Shown here piece by piece: positions 26,190 through 40,218 of a stretch of DNA of 64,000 nucleotides. Below the pieces are notes generated by a model. It was not told the origin of the DNA. It did no database searches and saw nothing but the letters and a program-made list of their open reading frames with translations. The first letter of the stretch is position 1, and each line of letters opens with the position of its first letter. The translations under genes were made by a program, and so were the position numbers. Source of the DNA: Lama glama (lineage: Eukaryota). Location: NCBI GenBank assembly GCA_028534125.1, contig CM052838.1, forward strand, positions 64,728,001 through 64,792,000, in the 5' to 3' direction.

Positions 26190-27419
26190 TACAAGTATCA
26201 TCATCATCACAGCAGTCAGATGGGCGGAGGCTCAGAGCACGGAGCTGGACGGGTCAGGTCCAAACCTCATCTGGGGCAGATGCGTCCCGCACGCCTCAGT
26301 GTCCTCACGTGGCCAGTGACAGTGCCCCCTGGCAGGGTTGTGCGAATCCGATGAGATGTTCCAGGTCACTCCGTCGGAGCAGCCCCCACTCCATGCGTGC
26401 CCCCCCGCCTCTCCCTCCATCCTCTCCTCTAGCACTCGCCTTTGAGAGACTTGGAAGAAATAGAAGACTTGCTATGACCACTGTCTGAATGCAGGCGTGG
26501 GATGGAAAGAGAAATGAACGCTGACTCAGGCTGAGATGGGGCTGCACCCCAGTGATGGCACCTCCTCCAGAGAAACTGCTGGCATCTGAGCAGCACCTTG
26601 TTCTGGAGAAGAACCATGGGGGATGGACCGTGGGGCTGAGGGTGTCTGTGACGCTCGGGAGAGGACGCTGTCCGCACGACCTGGGGAGAACTGTGGGTGC
26701 TTGCTGGACCCTGTCTTTGGTAAAATGGGTAATTTGGGAAGGATGAGTCTGACACACCCCCAAGCAGCCCTGTAGTGAGAACGCGCCCGTGTTTTCAGTC
26801 CTGTTGAAATATTTAAATGTCTTGATTCTGGCATCAGTTTATTAGCTCTGTCTCCCAGGTTTGCAGTTCCTCTAAATGTGATAAGCGGGCCTCCTGCATC
26901 CAATTTGCTCATAAAAATGTTCAGCAGGAAATGTCAAAAGTAGATGCCTCCGGCAGGTCCCACCAGCCTCTCCGTGTGGGCAACAACCATTCTCACTGGC
27001 TGGTGAAGGGCCGGGAGGATGTCTGGGCAGCCCTGGCCTGCCTCCTGCAGAACCCGTGTCTGCTCGTGCTGTGGCTCCCATCTGGGGTCCCTGCTGGTGG
27101 CATCTGAGGCTGTGCAGCCCCTTGTAAGGAGGGCCACTGAGTGACCTGGGTTTTGCTCAAACCCACATCTCTCCCTCCCTGCCCTTGGGTGGCTTCCCAG
27201 TTGGAGGGTGGCTGGGACTGTGTTCCTGCTTAACCTGCCAACTGCCTGTAACCAGTGACCCCTGGGTGCCACATGCTGCTAGTCCCCCGGGGCCTGCAGG
27301 TTTTATTCTAGAACATTCAGATCTTCTGTTTGCCCACCGTCTGCACTGGGTACCTCCTATGGCCCTCTGCAGGGCCTACAAGCCCTCAGTCCAGACCAGG
27401 TCCACAAGCTGGTGGCCCG

Positions 27420-27700
27420 GCCACAACTTCTCATCATTTCACTGCCTCTCCATTTCTTTCATCTCAAGAGTATAAATTATAATAGTACTTGCCACTTAAG
27501 AATTGTCCGTAAGAATTAAATTAAACAATGAGAATGACTGATACTTGCTGAAAATGCTGCCAAACCCCTTCCTCCCTCTTTACCTGTATCATCACATCCA
27601 GTCCCCATCACAACCCTGTGGGGCAGCCATGCTTCTCATCCCCAGTTTATAGCCGGGAAAACTGAGGGGCATGTAGGATCCTCAGCACAATGGCAGGTCT
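27420..27700. mobile_element. MIR fragments (two pieces in opposite orientations)
   Basis: ataatagtacttgcc...gtaagaattaaattaaacaatg and caaccctgtg...catcccagtttatagccgggaaaactgagg resemble the MIR core. Confidence 0.55.
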
Positions 27701-27706
27701 GTAAAT

Positions 27707-27930
27707 NNNNNNNNNNNNNNNNNNNNNNNNNNNNNNNNNNNNNNNNNNNNNNNNNNNNNNNNNNNNNNNNNNNNNNNNNNNNNNNNNNNNNNNNNNNNNN
27801 NNNNNNNNNNNNNNNNNNNNNNNNNNNNNNNNNNNNNNNNNNNNNNNNNNNNNNNNNNNNNNNNNNNNNNNNNNNNNNNNNNNNNNNNNNNNNNNNNNNN
27901 NNNNNNNNNNNNNNNNNNNNNNNNNNNNNN
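27707..27930. other. Assembly gap (224 N)
   Basis: Run of N. Confidence 1.
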
Positions 27931-30900
27931 AATGCTGATTCTTCACCTTCCTTGTCTCTGACAGCTTCTGACCATCCACATCAACCCTCCCCAAGCTGGG
28001 TTCCAGCCTTCTGTTTAGCTGGGTGACATCTCATCTTTTATTTAATTTAATGGATTGGGGAGACCTGTTCTGTCCTCTGGCAAAAAGGGCTAAGAATTTA
28101 TCATCAAAATACTGCCAGCCTGCAACTCCGGTGTGAGACACAGTATGAAATTCTGCAAGAATCAAAGTTTCTGTGAATTTCTTTGCCTTACGGGGCCTCA
28201 GACATTCCACCGTATGAGTTGTAACAAATGGTCTTTAGATGTGGCAAACTTGGAAAGATCTGTGTGCTCCAGTTTTTAGCCTGGATGCTGCAGCCTGGGA
28301 GCGTGCCTCTGGCTGCTGGTGGAAGATTGGAACGTTGATCGGGGGTCTCCAGGCCCTGGGGCGGGCTAGGGTGCAGGGCATCTGGGGCGCACTGCCCGTC
28401 CACGTTGGGGATCGGGATGCAAAGCCAACGGGGGCGTCAAGGAGGCCAGGAAAGAGTCATGGCCACGGGTGCGGCCCTGACTCTGGTCCTGAGCAGGATG
28501 GCGCTGAGCGAGAGCAGCTGTCTTCTGTCCTGACAGAGCAGCCCAGTGAGCAGAGACGAGGCCACAGGATGGGCAGGGGCACAAAATCCCCTCGGAGCAG
28601 CGCTAGGGCTCTAGGCCAGGGCTGGGCTGTCACAGAGTCTCGGGTACCATCCCCAGCCCCGGCCTCACTGCTCCCCTGCCCTGACTGTCTGATCACGGCC
28701 CACTTGGAAAGCTTCCTGATGTGCCTGGCCCTGCCCAACCCTCTCACCCCTGCTGGTTTTGCCCTGGCCCCTGGTGTGGGTGGTTCTTCTGGCCTGAAGA
28801 CACCTGCCAGGGAGGGGCTCTGGGGGTCACTAAAGGCGTTCCCAGTTCTGCCATCCCAGGCAGGATGCCCTGGGGACAGCGGCATAGACTCAGGGCTGTT
28901 TACAAAGCCACAGGTCTTTATAAAAACAACTGGGCAACTAAACCCAGGGCTGATGTGCAAAGACTCACTCACACAGTCAGTGGTCACTGACAGCTCGTCT
29001 TCCGCGCATGTCAAAGGCCACAAAGAGACGAACACCGGCCTAAGGACATGAGACTCCAGCATGGGCGTCGGCACGTAGACCATTCTCTTACCTCTGGACA
29101 CTCTAAAGATATACTTTTATAGCAATCTTAATTTGCAGTCCACATTTTTTCTAGCAATATTTCAAAGAAGCAATGCCCTCACTTTCTCAATTGCTAACTT
29201 TCCCAGGATTCTGGAAATCCTTATATGGAAGTGGAAGAGCTGGTCTCCTCGGCGGGAGGACGGCGCACGCCAGCTGCCCCTCCCAGCTGCCCCTCCCTGC
29301 TGCGCGCGCTCACTGCCCGCTGTTGCCTTTGCTCCAGCGGGAACAGCCATCTGACTGTAAAGAGAGCGTTTCCTCCCCTTCTCACAGGTGGCTCTCTCGA
29401 GGTCTGGGCTGGACATGGGGACAGGCTCAGGGGTAGTGGTTGCAGCACCCCCAGACATTGCATTGTTTTGCTTCCTTTCGTCTTTTGGATTGTGGTGTTC
29501 CTCTTTTGTCCCAGCTGGATGCTCCCTGCCCCAGGCGGCCCCCAGGCTGGGGCCAGAACTGCAGGTAGACAGATCCTAGCCTCAGACTGTGCGGGCGCCT
29601 CAGGGTCACAAGGCGCATGGAGGATGGGCCCACCTCCGCAGGCTGCCTCCAAAGTCCTTAAGGATGCAGCCCCACCCACGGGACATGCTCTGGGTGTGCT
29701 TTGGCCACTGGTTTGTCAAGAGGAGAACAGTGGACGGCATTTTGGGGAAGGCAGAAAAATAAGCACAAGGGCCCTTCGTGCTGATTCCACGCGCTTGGGT
29801 CTCCGGTCCAAGCTCAATCCGGCCCCCCGACAGCACCTTCCTGACGGTAAGATTTTATGGTACAAGGTCAGCTTTGCCACTTGCATCCAAGGCCATCAAC
29901 TGAGACTCCTCAGAGTTTACAAACTACCACACTGAGCTACGTTGCAAGCCAAGAGATTTTTCTTGTGCCGCTCGTAATTAAAGAAATCTATACCAAATGG
30001 CACAGAAACATAAGTAAGCTTCCAAAGCTATGAGACCCAAAATGTTTGAAAACTCGAAAGAGTTCCTTTCACTCTGCCGTGCTATGGAAAGCCATTAGTT
30101 TAGCAGGAACCCCTGGCTTGTCAACTAGCCAAAGGCGGAGCCTCCCGGGGGGGCTGGAAGCCCTGCAGACCCCTGGCGATTTCTTCCTTCATCTGTTTTG
30201 TGGGTAACTTCACTCTGGTTTCTAAACCAAATGGCATCCTTTTGCTGAAGCCTAAAAATAATTCAGTTCAATTATTGGAAATAAATCCTAAGTTCTTTAA
30301 ATAGACAGCACATTCTGAAATATAAAAAAAACCCTACACATCAGAAGCCGGCAGAAGCCCTGGGCGCTACACACAATTCATGTTCTGGTCCCAGGGAAGG
30401 CGTACAATTGTGCGTCCGAAACCCGTGGCATTAAGCAGTGAGCAAGCTCTCTGAAGCGGCACTGACAGGCAGCAGGGAACACTGGAGTAATTTCAAGCTT
30501 TTAATTGTGACGTATTTCTCTTCCCAGGAAATTTTAGGAGAAGTATCACCTGGCCCTGAATGATGTGCACAAGTGACTTTCTTCCGTCTGCGTAAGAACA
30601 TCCAGAATGTGTAAGAACCGGACCCGGGAACACAAGAGATGCCGGCAGCGACAGCACGTCCCAGACACCCACGCGGTCCAGCCCCTCGTGTCTCGGAGGC
30701 CAGGATACGGCAGCTGAAGTCAGACGTCAAGGGGCATTGACGTACTTTTTGAAGAGGAAAAATTGCATCATTTATATAAAAGGGTCGGTCAAAAGGCACT
30801 GATTCGGGCAAGTTCTCTGAAGCCGGTCTCTCACCGGGGATGCCAGAGTCAACAAATCAAAGTGTGCGGAAGGGGTTAGACGGCCGAGGAGTCCTTGGAC

Positions 30901-33154
30901 TCACGGACACAACCTTCCCCCAAATGGACCAAAGTGCCCAGATGGCGCTGCTGTCTGTGTAGCTGGGGGACATGCGCGCCGTGCGGCAGGAGCTTTGGGA
31001 AAGGCCACAGGAGGGCGAAGCTCCCCCGGAGTGGGCACAGTTTGTGTAAATCAGCTCATAAGTGAATGCCCGGGACTCATGGAACATTCCAGATCCTCAG
31101 TCCAGCCCCCTAACTTCTGCTGAAGCATCTCCTCCCGGATCTCAGTGGCAGAACGGAGCCACCTGGGGACCGAGGCCTGACATGGGGAGGGAGTCCGGTG
31201 CCTGAGCGCCGTCCTCACAGGCAGGGCCCGCGGGCCAAGCGGGGCTGGGGATGGAGGACAGAGGGACAGAAGCTTCCTGCAAAACATCTGTGTTTGCTTC
31301 AAAGCCAGAGCTCGGTCACAGAGGACGTCGTCCGGATGATTAAAACCGTGATTAACGCCTGGATGCTGTTCAAACACCAAGTGTTGGGTGTTGGGGGCCA
31401 GTCCAGGGGAAGCGACCACCGGCTGCCGCAGGGGGACGTCCCAGCTGCTCTGGACCCCGCTGAGTGTTCCCTCCTACATGAGTTCAGACGCACCCAACGA
31501 TGCCTCAGGGGGCTCGTTTGCTTTTGAAGTTGTGTGCATCTATCCAGAGACCAGAGAGACCTGCTTAGCTGACAGCCGTGGTCTAAGTGTAACAATACAG
31601 AGGTGACGCTCGGGTCCCTTTCCTGGAGCCCTCGGCCCCCATCGGAGGCTCACGGCGTCCACCCTCTGTGGCCCACACGCACGTCCTTTGCCCTCAAAAG
31701 CGGCTGTCTAAGGAGAAGCTGCGGGGAGGCAAGAAAACAGGGGCCTGTGAGGCTGGGTGGGGCGCGGCTTACTCCGGCACCCCAGGGAGCCCCTGGTCCT
31801 GCCGAACTGCAGCCCCACGTCTCCTTCACCCCGGGAGGAAGACCCCGCTGCTTCCTTGTCTTGTGGAGCCAATGCTCATCCTTCTCAGCATTGTTTCTGG
31901 GAAGCTCTGTGGCGTCCGCTTGGTACCTGTGAGAACAGCACTACACCTGGGCCCTGGTCAGCAAAACGATTCCGTGAGGGGCGCACAGTGGGGAAAGGCC
32001 AAAGGTATTGAAATGGAAGGAAAAATGAACCCACTCGGGTCTAAATCCACAGGTTGGTGGCCCCCCAGGCATCCATCAGAGGACGCCCAGCCCCCAACTG
32101 CCAGGCACCCCCGCCTGGCATCCCCTCCCTCCCTCTCCCTCCCCCCTTCACCGGGAAACCACAGGGTGAGGATGGAAGAGGTGAGGACGGGTCCAGGTTC
32201 TGAGCCAAGACTACATTTTCCTTCAAGGCTGCAAAGATTTGTTATCACAGAAGGCCTACTGCTTCTGAGGCACATTTTTCAGAGAAAACACACAGAGTGC
32301 AAACATCTTGACAACTGTGCTGGGGTTCCCACTGTAGGCCTAGGGGTCCCACGACAGCGGTGACCAGCCTGCACCTGGTAGCTGAGGGGACACACAGCCG
32401 GGCCGACGTGAGGTGGGGCGGGTCCTGCCGGGATATCGGCTCCACGTCAGCACAAGAAGTGGCCCCCGGGTTCCCTTCCAGAGTCGCCCTCACCTTTCCC
32501 CGCATCGCCCCGTCCGTCTCTCCCCTTCCAGGAACTTAGACGCACAGACCCCGAATTCTACCGCGTTACATGGGACTCCATAGGAAAGGGGCGACGGACG
32601 GAGCCTCGCAGGAGGGTTAAAGGGGCAACGTTCATCCCCCGGCTGGAAAGGAAAGGCCGATCTCCCTCCCTCCTGTGTTGGGACCACAACCAAGCCCTGA
32701 GAAGCACACTCGGACAGCAGGGTCCCCGCTCCCCTGGTGCCGTGGGAGGTCACCTGGGCCTCCCTCACCCAGGTGTCACCCGCTTTGTAGGTGAGAAGCC
32801 TGGACATAGGGTGAGATTACTTGGCCCAAAGTCACAAAGTGAGACAGAGACAGAGCCAGAACCGCAGCCCACCCTCCGCCAGCACACTGCCCCACCTGGC
32901 ACCTCGACGGCTCTCTCCACCCCCACGGGGCTGTGGAAACACAGCCAGGGCTGAGCCAGGGGATGGTGCACGCTGTCCAGCGTCCGAGGTCCCCACCCAG
33001 GCAGGGGCACGGGAGCAGCTGCTCAGACGCACCCTGAGGCCTCCCGCCCTCTTTTTAGGGCTGGATCAGTTCTAGGTTCAGTCAGTGGGGTCAGAATGAC
33101 CCCCTAAGCATCCCCTTCCAGAAAGACGCACGAGGAAAGGACATCGCCACCTAC

Positions 33155-33224
33155 CGATTCCTCTTGGTCTTCAGGTTTGGGTCTTCCCTGCCGTCTTCAG
33201 AACCTGACCCGTCGCTGTGGTCGG
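33155..33224 (-). CDS. TCERG1L: TCERG1L coding exon (exon 8 equivalent), 70 nt: (x)DHSDGSGSEDGREDPNLKTKRN(R)
   Basis: Acceptor ttcttccag|CCGACC and donor GAATCG|gtaggt; phase 1 to phase 2. Matches recalled human DNSDGSSSEDNREDQDVKTKRNR. Not captured by the ORF track. Confidence 0.92.
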
Positions 33225-34423
33225 CTGGAAGAATACAGGTTAACACGGTTAATACAAGGCTCAGGGCTTTGGCAAACCACAGGGAAGCCCCACTTTCAAA
33301 CAGCCTCATCCTGAAACTAAGAGAACAGATTCCTCTGAAGGATGGACCTTACACCCTGTAACTACACTTGCAGTTCATACCTTTCATATTTTGGCAGAAG
33401 AGACATCGGATGTGCTGCTGTGCAGAGAAGTCGCCTCCGGCCACCCGTGTAGAGGCTGCCAGACCTTCCAGAGGGGCTGGGGGGGGGAAGGCGGGGTCCC
33501 CCCCACCCCGAGGGGGCAGGCGCCGGCCCCGGTCTAGCCCTTCCGCTCACGGCTGCCCTCACATTCCCGGGAGCGACCTCCCAGGCCTCTCGTGCACGGC
33601 ACGCGCGCCGCTGCTGTCTCCGAGGTTACTGTCAAAGAGCCAAACTGATTCTGAAGTCAGGTCCCTCCTCACACCCCAGTGGGCCGGCCCCGTAAATGTC
33701 TGATGAGCTTTCGGAATGAAAAAGTGAAACGGGGCTTTGGAGTGCCACACTTGTCTCCAAAAGGGAAAGAGGAGAAACGAGGACAGAGACGGCGCTGGAG
33801 CATCATCACTGCGGTCCTGACAGGCCGAGCGCTGCCCAGCCCTGCCCGCATCACAGCCGCCTTCTCCCCTGGTTTTCTTTCCGTGTCCGTCACCCCCGGG
33901 AAACCATCCCCATCACCGTGTCCCCACGGGGGCACCAGAGCAGGGGGCTCGCTCTGCAGGGCATCCTCAGCGCCCCCACCTGCCGCCCCGCCCCCAGGGC
34001 TGCTGGAACCCACGTCCTTCCCGAGGAAGCCCTGCAGGGAGCACGCGCTCACGGTGAGTGCGGCTTATGGGGAAAACATCAGTTCCCACAGCGCAGACAG
34101 AGCCCTGCTCGCCTCCTCTCCTTACACAGCCGATGCTCCTCCTCGGGCACCGCCGGCAGCCCCGCACGCCTCCACCACCGGCCCCAGCCCAGTCCCAGGC
34201 GGGCTCTCAGGGCGCAGCGCGGGGCTGCCAGCGAGACGACAGGGTCAGCTTCTGGAGCTCCCAGGCCGCCCACCCACCCTGCATCTTGGTTCCAGCGGCT
34301 CCTTCCTATCGCTGGCCCATCCACGCCAGGTCCTGCACCCCGCAGCCCAGCCCACCACCACGGGGCCAGAGGAAGCCCCTCTGCAGGGGCCTGGACCCAG
34401 GTGGGCTTCTGAGGGCTCTCAAG

Positions 34424-34632
34424 CTGAGCTCCTCAACCTGGCACCAGTGACGCTTGGGGCTGGATGGCGGGGCATCCTGTGCACTGTAGGACGGCAAACA
34501 GCACCCCAGGTCTCCACCCCCAGACGCCAGTGGTGGTGCCCCTCCCAGTAGTCACAACCGCAGATGTCTCCAGAAATTGCCAAATGTCCCCTAGGGGACA
34601 GAGCCCCTTTCCCGCCCCACTGAGCACCAGCG
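34424..34632 (-). mobile_element. MER20 DNA transposon, near full length
   Basis: ctcaacctggcac...tcctgtgcactgtaggacg...agatgtctccagaaattgccaaatgtcccctagggg is the reverse complement of the MER20 consensus. Confidence 0.85.
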
Positions 34633-34749
34633 GCCTAGGGAAGGAGCCTTGCGATAACTGAGCAGATGTGCGGACGGGAAGGGCTCACCTGCCTCGCTCC
34701 CATGCCCTGTCCCCACCCCCCACAGTCGGTCCCCTTTCTGCTGTGACCC

Positions 34750-35736
34750 GAAGGACACTAGCCGCGGAATAAGAAGGCAGCCCACAGAATGGGAAGCATA
34801 TTTGCGAGCTGCATGTCTGATAAGGGGTTAGCACTCACAACATACAAAACTCAACAACAGCAACTAAAACAGAAATAACCCAATTACAACAGCCAAAGGC
34901 TTGAGTGGACGCTTCTCGGAAAAGACAGACAAACGGCCAGGAAGCAAACGAAAACACTTGTAGTCATTAGGGAAATGCAGATCAAAGCCACAGTGAGATA
35001 CCGTTTCACACACTTTGATGGTAATGAAATACTACAACTAATAATTTTGTAAAAACCCAGCGAACAACAGGTATTGGCAAGGATGTGGAGGACGTGGAAC
35101 TCGTGTGCTTTGCTGGTGGGAACATAAAATGGGAAAAAGGTTGGGCCATTCCTCAAAGACTTAAACATAGAATTATCATGTAAGCCAGAAATTCTACTCC
35201 CAAGTGTATACCAAAAAGAATGGAGAACAAGGATTCAAACAGATACTTGTGTGCCAGCGTTCATACCAGCGTCGTCCACGATAGCCAAAACGTGGAAACA
35301 ACCCAGGTGTCCATCAACAGGTGAATAAATAAACAAAATGGGCTTTACCAATACAATGGAATATTATTCGGCCATGAAAAGGAATGGATCACTGACACGT
35401 GCTGCAATATGGATGGACCTTGCAAACATCATGCTGAGTGAAATAAGCAGACACAAATGGACAAATACTGCATGGTCTCACTTACACGAGGCACACGGAC
35501 GGGAAGCCTGCAGGCGTGGGAAGCAGAACAGGGGTAACCAGGGGAAGGGGGTCATAGGACGTTGCCAGTAAACGGTTACGGAGGTTCTTTTTCGGGTGAC
35601 AAAAAATGTTTGGAAATAATGGTGATGATTACACAACATCGGGAAGGCATTTAGTGCCACTGAACTGTGTGTGCAAGTAAAAACGGGTAAAAATCAAAGT
35701 TCATGTTATGTATGTTTTACCACAATAAGAAAAAAT
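34750..35736 (+). mobile_element. LINE-1 (L1MB-like) 3' fragment: degraded ORF2 end plus 3' UTR
   Basis: cccacagaatgggaag..., gtcattagggaaatgcagatcaaagccacagtgagatacc, TMEYYSAMKRN...WMDLANIMLSEIS; ends ttttaccacaataagaaaaaa. Confidence 0.92.
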
Positions 35737-36238
35737 TCAAGATCCACTTGTTTCATGGAAAATCTCAAAAGAAAAATGTCGGGACGATGCCACAATCAGA
35801 ACACTGGTCTCCTCGACTGACACGGTTCCGTGTAATTCAGTAGGAAGGACAAACACCGCATCAGGGGAATACGCACCAAAACAAACGGCCAGTGAAGCAG
35901 CTGGAAGGTTCAGTTTCACCCACAAGTGAAGGAAGGCCAACTGACACAACGACGGCTTGTGAAAATCAAGTCTGGGTGATCTACGGGGCTTATGAGAATG
36001 TGCTGAGACCGTCAGGAGGCGTGTGAGCCGGTCGGTCTTTTTGGAGGAAGGGTTAGCAACGTCTGCCAGCATGTACCCTGCAGGTGCCTTTCGACCTGCG
36101 ATTCCAAGAATGTGAATTTGTACAACAGAAATGCTTGTGAGAAGGTGATCTCATTGCACTGTGTGTATGTGCGTGAACAAACCGCTGCCCTGGAAGCCCA
36201 TCAGCTGGAGAGACCTGCCGGAGTCACGGGGGCCCGCT

Positions 36239-36280
36239 GAGAGAGAGAGAGAGAGAGAGAGAGAGGAGGCGGGGAGAGAG
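36239..36280. repeat. (GA)n microsatellite
   Basis: Directly visible. Confidence 0.9.
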
Positions 36281-39200
36281 GCTCAGAGCACGGGGAGCCG
36301 GACAGAAGCCCAGAGCGGCGAACACCAGCGAGCGCAGCACGGCAAGTCCTCAGCTGTCCTGTGACGACCGTGGCGCCCGTACATACAAACATCTACGTAT
36401 TTTCAAAATTATTGTTTCATTTATTTAACCAGCAAGGGTATGTGCATTTTTTAAAAAGGGCACTGAGTGTGCAGGGAGGTTGGAGCAGGGAGGGAAAGGT
36501 GTTCCAAGTCTGTGAGACAAGTGTCTCTTTTTCCGCAAGTGGAACCGGTTCCCCAGAAAGGGAAGACGCAGTCTCTGGTTACAAGCCGCTGGAGCTCTGG
36601 TGGGGACGGCACGCTTGCACTCGGGCAGGGGGCTGGCGTGCGGCCTACACCTGAGTCCCGAGGCGGGAGCACTCGGCAAGGTCCGGGGCTGTAGCTGCTC
36701 CTGGGGTCTGGGAACAGGGGTCCCCTGGCCTGCGAACTGGGTGGAACTCCCAGCTCTCCCATAATAGTGCTGGTCACCACAGCAGTGACCACATCGGTCA
36801 CCACGGCAGCGGCCACGTTCGTCGCCTGCGTGAGCCCCACGCATGCGCCTTCAGGCTCACCAGTGCCACCGCGACGTCTCTGCCCCCGGCTCCCGGGGAG
36901 CAGAGCTCCCTTAGCACGGACGAGCTTTCCGGGAACGTGAGCAAACGCACGCCCTGAGACCTCACGGAAGCTGGAGGGGCGTCTGCGACCCCCTGGCTGG
37001 AAGGCTGGCAGCGGGTTAAATGGCTTCGACACTCACGCCCCGTGCGAGGTGCTCAGCAGAGTCGCCCTCAGAGCTCCTCCAGCCCGGGGACGCCCCCAGT
37101 CCGCAGCCGGGCGCTGGCGGGGGGTGGCTCGCACACCAGGGGGTGGCCCCTTCGGAGGTAGCTGGTCCTTTCACTTGGGTGTCTGCAAACACGGTGATTC
37201 GGGCCCCTGATAGACAAGGTGATGCGGTGCTTTCGTCCCCACGTCTGAAGCCATCATTCTCTAGCTTGGGGTCCGCCTGCCGAGGCGGCCCTGGGCTGGG
37301 ACCTTCGTCAGCTCCCGAGACTGAGACCTGGGAGCCCAGCACGGAGAACGTGCCCTCGGCCCGCCCAGGAAGTCTGGGGGAAATGGCCCGGGGTGGAAGG
37401 CTGCGCGCGCCGTCCAAGCCCCGCCACGCAAGGCCTGCCGTCCGCCCTGCTTGCGCGGAGCTAAGCTTCAGCAGAGCAGCCGCAGCTCAGGCCCGCACTC
37501 GCCCTCAGCCCCTGCAGGCAGCTCCCTCTGCGCTTTCCAACACCCATGGATTCGCAGCAAAGGCATTTGTGGTAAAGTGCTTATTCTGCGGTCTGTTTAA
37601 GATTGGTGTTTGTGAGCAGATAGGGGTCATGAGCAGCGTGAAGCACCCCAGGGGGCAGCAGGCACCTCCAGGGGGGCAGAAGGGCCAACGCCCCCAGGAC
37701 TGGGTTTCCCGGGCAGAAAGGGGGAGGTGGGGCTGCTCGCAGCTGCTGGGCCAGAACCAGTCCACAGAGATGGGGCTGGCGGTGACCCTGCAGGCACCGT
37801 CCTGGACGGCTCTGCACCCACTGGGAGGGAGAAGACACCGGGATGGAGCCCAGGGTCCAGGGGCTGAGGAGACGCGAGGACTGGAGTCCTGCATTCAGTC
37901 GGTCGGACATCGTAATGGGGTCTTGTGGCCACTTGGAGATTCCGCTGTCCGTCACTGCAGGGACCCCTCAGGCTTCCACGTCGTGACATTCACTTTGAGC
38001 TTGTCCAAGCTCGTGCCCTCTGAGCGCAGCCACAGGGGGCGGGGCCGCCCGTGTGTGCTCTGGCCCCTGGGGTCCAGTTGAGGGGTCCTCCATCCGGCAG
38101 CCCCAGCCGCTGCAGGTCTGGGGACTCACGCCGCTTCTCCCCGCCCCCCCGGGCGCGCCACTGCCCGTCCGCCCACCCCGCCGGCTGCTGGAACCCGTGC
38201 CAAGCCCAGGGCTCAGTCAGTCACCAGTCCCTGACTAAGTAAACAACTGGTTTAAGACGGAATTCTCTACCCCCCTCCCTTCCCTTCCCTCATTCCTGGG
38301 CCAGGAGACCAGGGCAGTTTGAAGCACTAGGTTCTGGGGGAAATGCCTTTGAAAAATGATGTTCCCGTCTGCCCTGTTTAGCAGTCCTGGGCCTTGAAGG
38401 CACCGAGCCATGACACAGGTCTTCTGTCAGCACTGATTCGGGGCATCTGGAAACCTGCACGAGCCTCGGACCTGCCCGTCCAGCCAACTGAGAGGTGTTA
38501 CAGAGCCTCGTGAAGACCCCGCAGTGCCCGCTCGCCGGGCTGGCTCCCTCCGTCACAGGCTGCCTGGTAGATTCTGCTAATGAGGGATTCTCTGCGGTGG
38601 GACCTGGCTCCACCCAGCCGCCCTGCTGGGGCTGTTACCGAGGCCGGGTACTGACTGATCATGGAGGAACAAGTGAGCCGCCTGGCTCAGTCACCATGCA
38701 AGGGGACAGCGCAGGGGGGCCACCAGGTGTGGCAGGTGTGGGTGGAACACGGGCCCCAGGTGCTGGCCAGGGTTCCTCCCATGGAGCGGGGGCGGGTGAG
38801 TGCTGCGGGGGAGAGCCCCCTCGTCCACCTGAGTCCGTGTGGACAAACAGCGGCGCTCGTCCTTGGCTCTTTGGAGAACAACCCGGCACTGGCGTTTTCC
38901 ACGGTCCCGGGCTTGCCGAGCGCTGGCCGCCATGTCCCCACTGTGCCATGGAGATCGGTGCACGCTGTCCTTGGGCAAACAGTGCTTGGGAAGTGACCCC
39001 TTCACAAGTCACAGCTGTGCTTACTCACAGGGACAGCTTCATGTCCTCCTCGGTGAAATGAATGTCATTGTCAGAGTGCACTGTCTTGAATGTAAATGAC
39101 CGAAATGTTTATAGAGCGACTGAAGCCAGGTGAAGCCGCGCCTTGTGCATTGCAGGTCGGGGACAGGGCAGCGCGGACGCACCAGGCCCCGCACCTGGCT

Positions 39201-39294
39201 GCTCCCGGGTCAGACACAGGGAGCAAATTGTGTTCCAGAAACTCCTTTTTATCGTTTGCTCGCAAGATGCCTGGCGAGGCTGCCCTTCCTTGGA

Positions 39295-39410
39295 TCTGGA
39301 GTCAGACCCGCCAGGGTGCAAATCCCGGTCCCCCACTTGACAGAAGCGTGACAGTGGGCATGCCAGTTAATCTCCTTTCTGTAATTCCCTCTTCCGTACA
39401 ACAGGCCTAA
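39295..39410 (+). mobile_element. MIR fragment
   Basis: tggagtcagacc...gggtgcaaatcccggtccccc.actt...gtgacagtgggcatgccagttaatctc matches the MIR 5' core. Confidence 0.7.
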
Positions 39411-39718
39411 AGTCTGCGTGCTGCAGAATTCTGGCCCCCAAAGGCGTCCAGACCCTGAGCCCTGGAGCCTGTGACGAGGCCAGGTTGTGGGACGGGACGC
39501 GGGGGATTCAGGCACGGAGCAGGTGACCTTGGGACGGGAGGTAAGCCTGCATCATCCAGCGTGCCTGGGGAGCCACGAGGACCCCGGCGAGGGGAGAGGG
39601 AGGCAGCAGGGCCGCCCAGAGCGACGCAGGGCTGCCGCTCTATGTGACAGCAGCAACAGGAAGCTGAGAGTGGGGCGCCCCCCTCCTGGGGCCGTGGTGA
39701 GCATTAAAGAGCTAAGAG

Positions 39719-40218
39719 NNNNNNNNNNNNNNNNNNNNNNNNNNNNNNNNNNNNNNNNNNNNNNNNNNNNNNNNNNNNNNNNNNNNNNNNNNNNNNNNNN
39801 NNNNNNNNNNNNNNNNNNNNNNNNNNNNNNNNNNNNNNNNNNNNNNNNNNNNNNNNNNNNNNNNNNNNNNNNNNNNNNNNNNNNNNNNNNNNNNNNNNNN
39901 NNNNNNNNNNNNNNNNNNNNNNNNNNNNNNNNNNNNNNNNNNNNNNNNNNNNNNNNNNNNNNNNNNNNNNNNNNNNNNNNNNNNNNNNNNNNNNNNNNNN
40001 NNNNNNNNNNNNNNNNNNNNNNNNNNNNNNNNNNNNNNNNNNNNNNNNNNNNNNNNNNNNNNNNNNNNNNNNNNNNNNNNNNNNNNNNNNNNNNNNNNNN
40101 NNNNNNNNNNNNNNNNNNNNNNNNNNNNNNNNNNNNNNNNNNNNNNNNNNNNNNNNNNNNNNNNNNNNNNNNNNNNNNNNNNNNNNNNNNNNNNNNNNNN
40201 NNNNNNNNNNNNNNNNNN
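39719..40218. other. Assembly gap (exactly 500 N; probably a placeholder of unknown size)
   Basis: Run of N with a round-number length. Confidence 1.

Noticed and set aside
23583-34632. Inverted MER20 pair flanking the 70-nt exon as a possible circRNA driver
   Set aside because: The copies are short and heavily diverged, one is about 9 kb from the exon, and a 70-nt single-exon circle is unlikely.
36771-36820. Small hairpin tggtcac-cacagca-gtgacca duplicated as a diverged 24-bp tandem
   Set aside because: Only two copies with a short stem. The spacing does not fit an estrogen response element, and there is no array or CRISPR-like structure.
37020-38081. 353-aa plus-strand ORF, and similar long ORFs such as 14547-15521, 33679-34551 and 28239-29051
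   Set aside because: Pro/Ala/Gly/Arg-rich with no recognisable domain, often non-ATG starts, and overlapping ORFs in several frames. This is expected from stop-codon scarcity in high-GC DNA.
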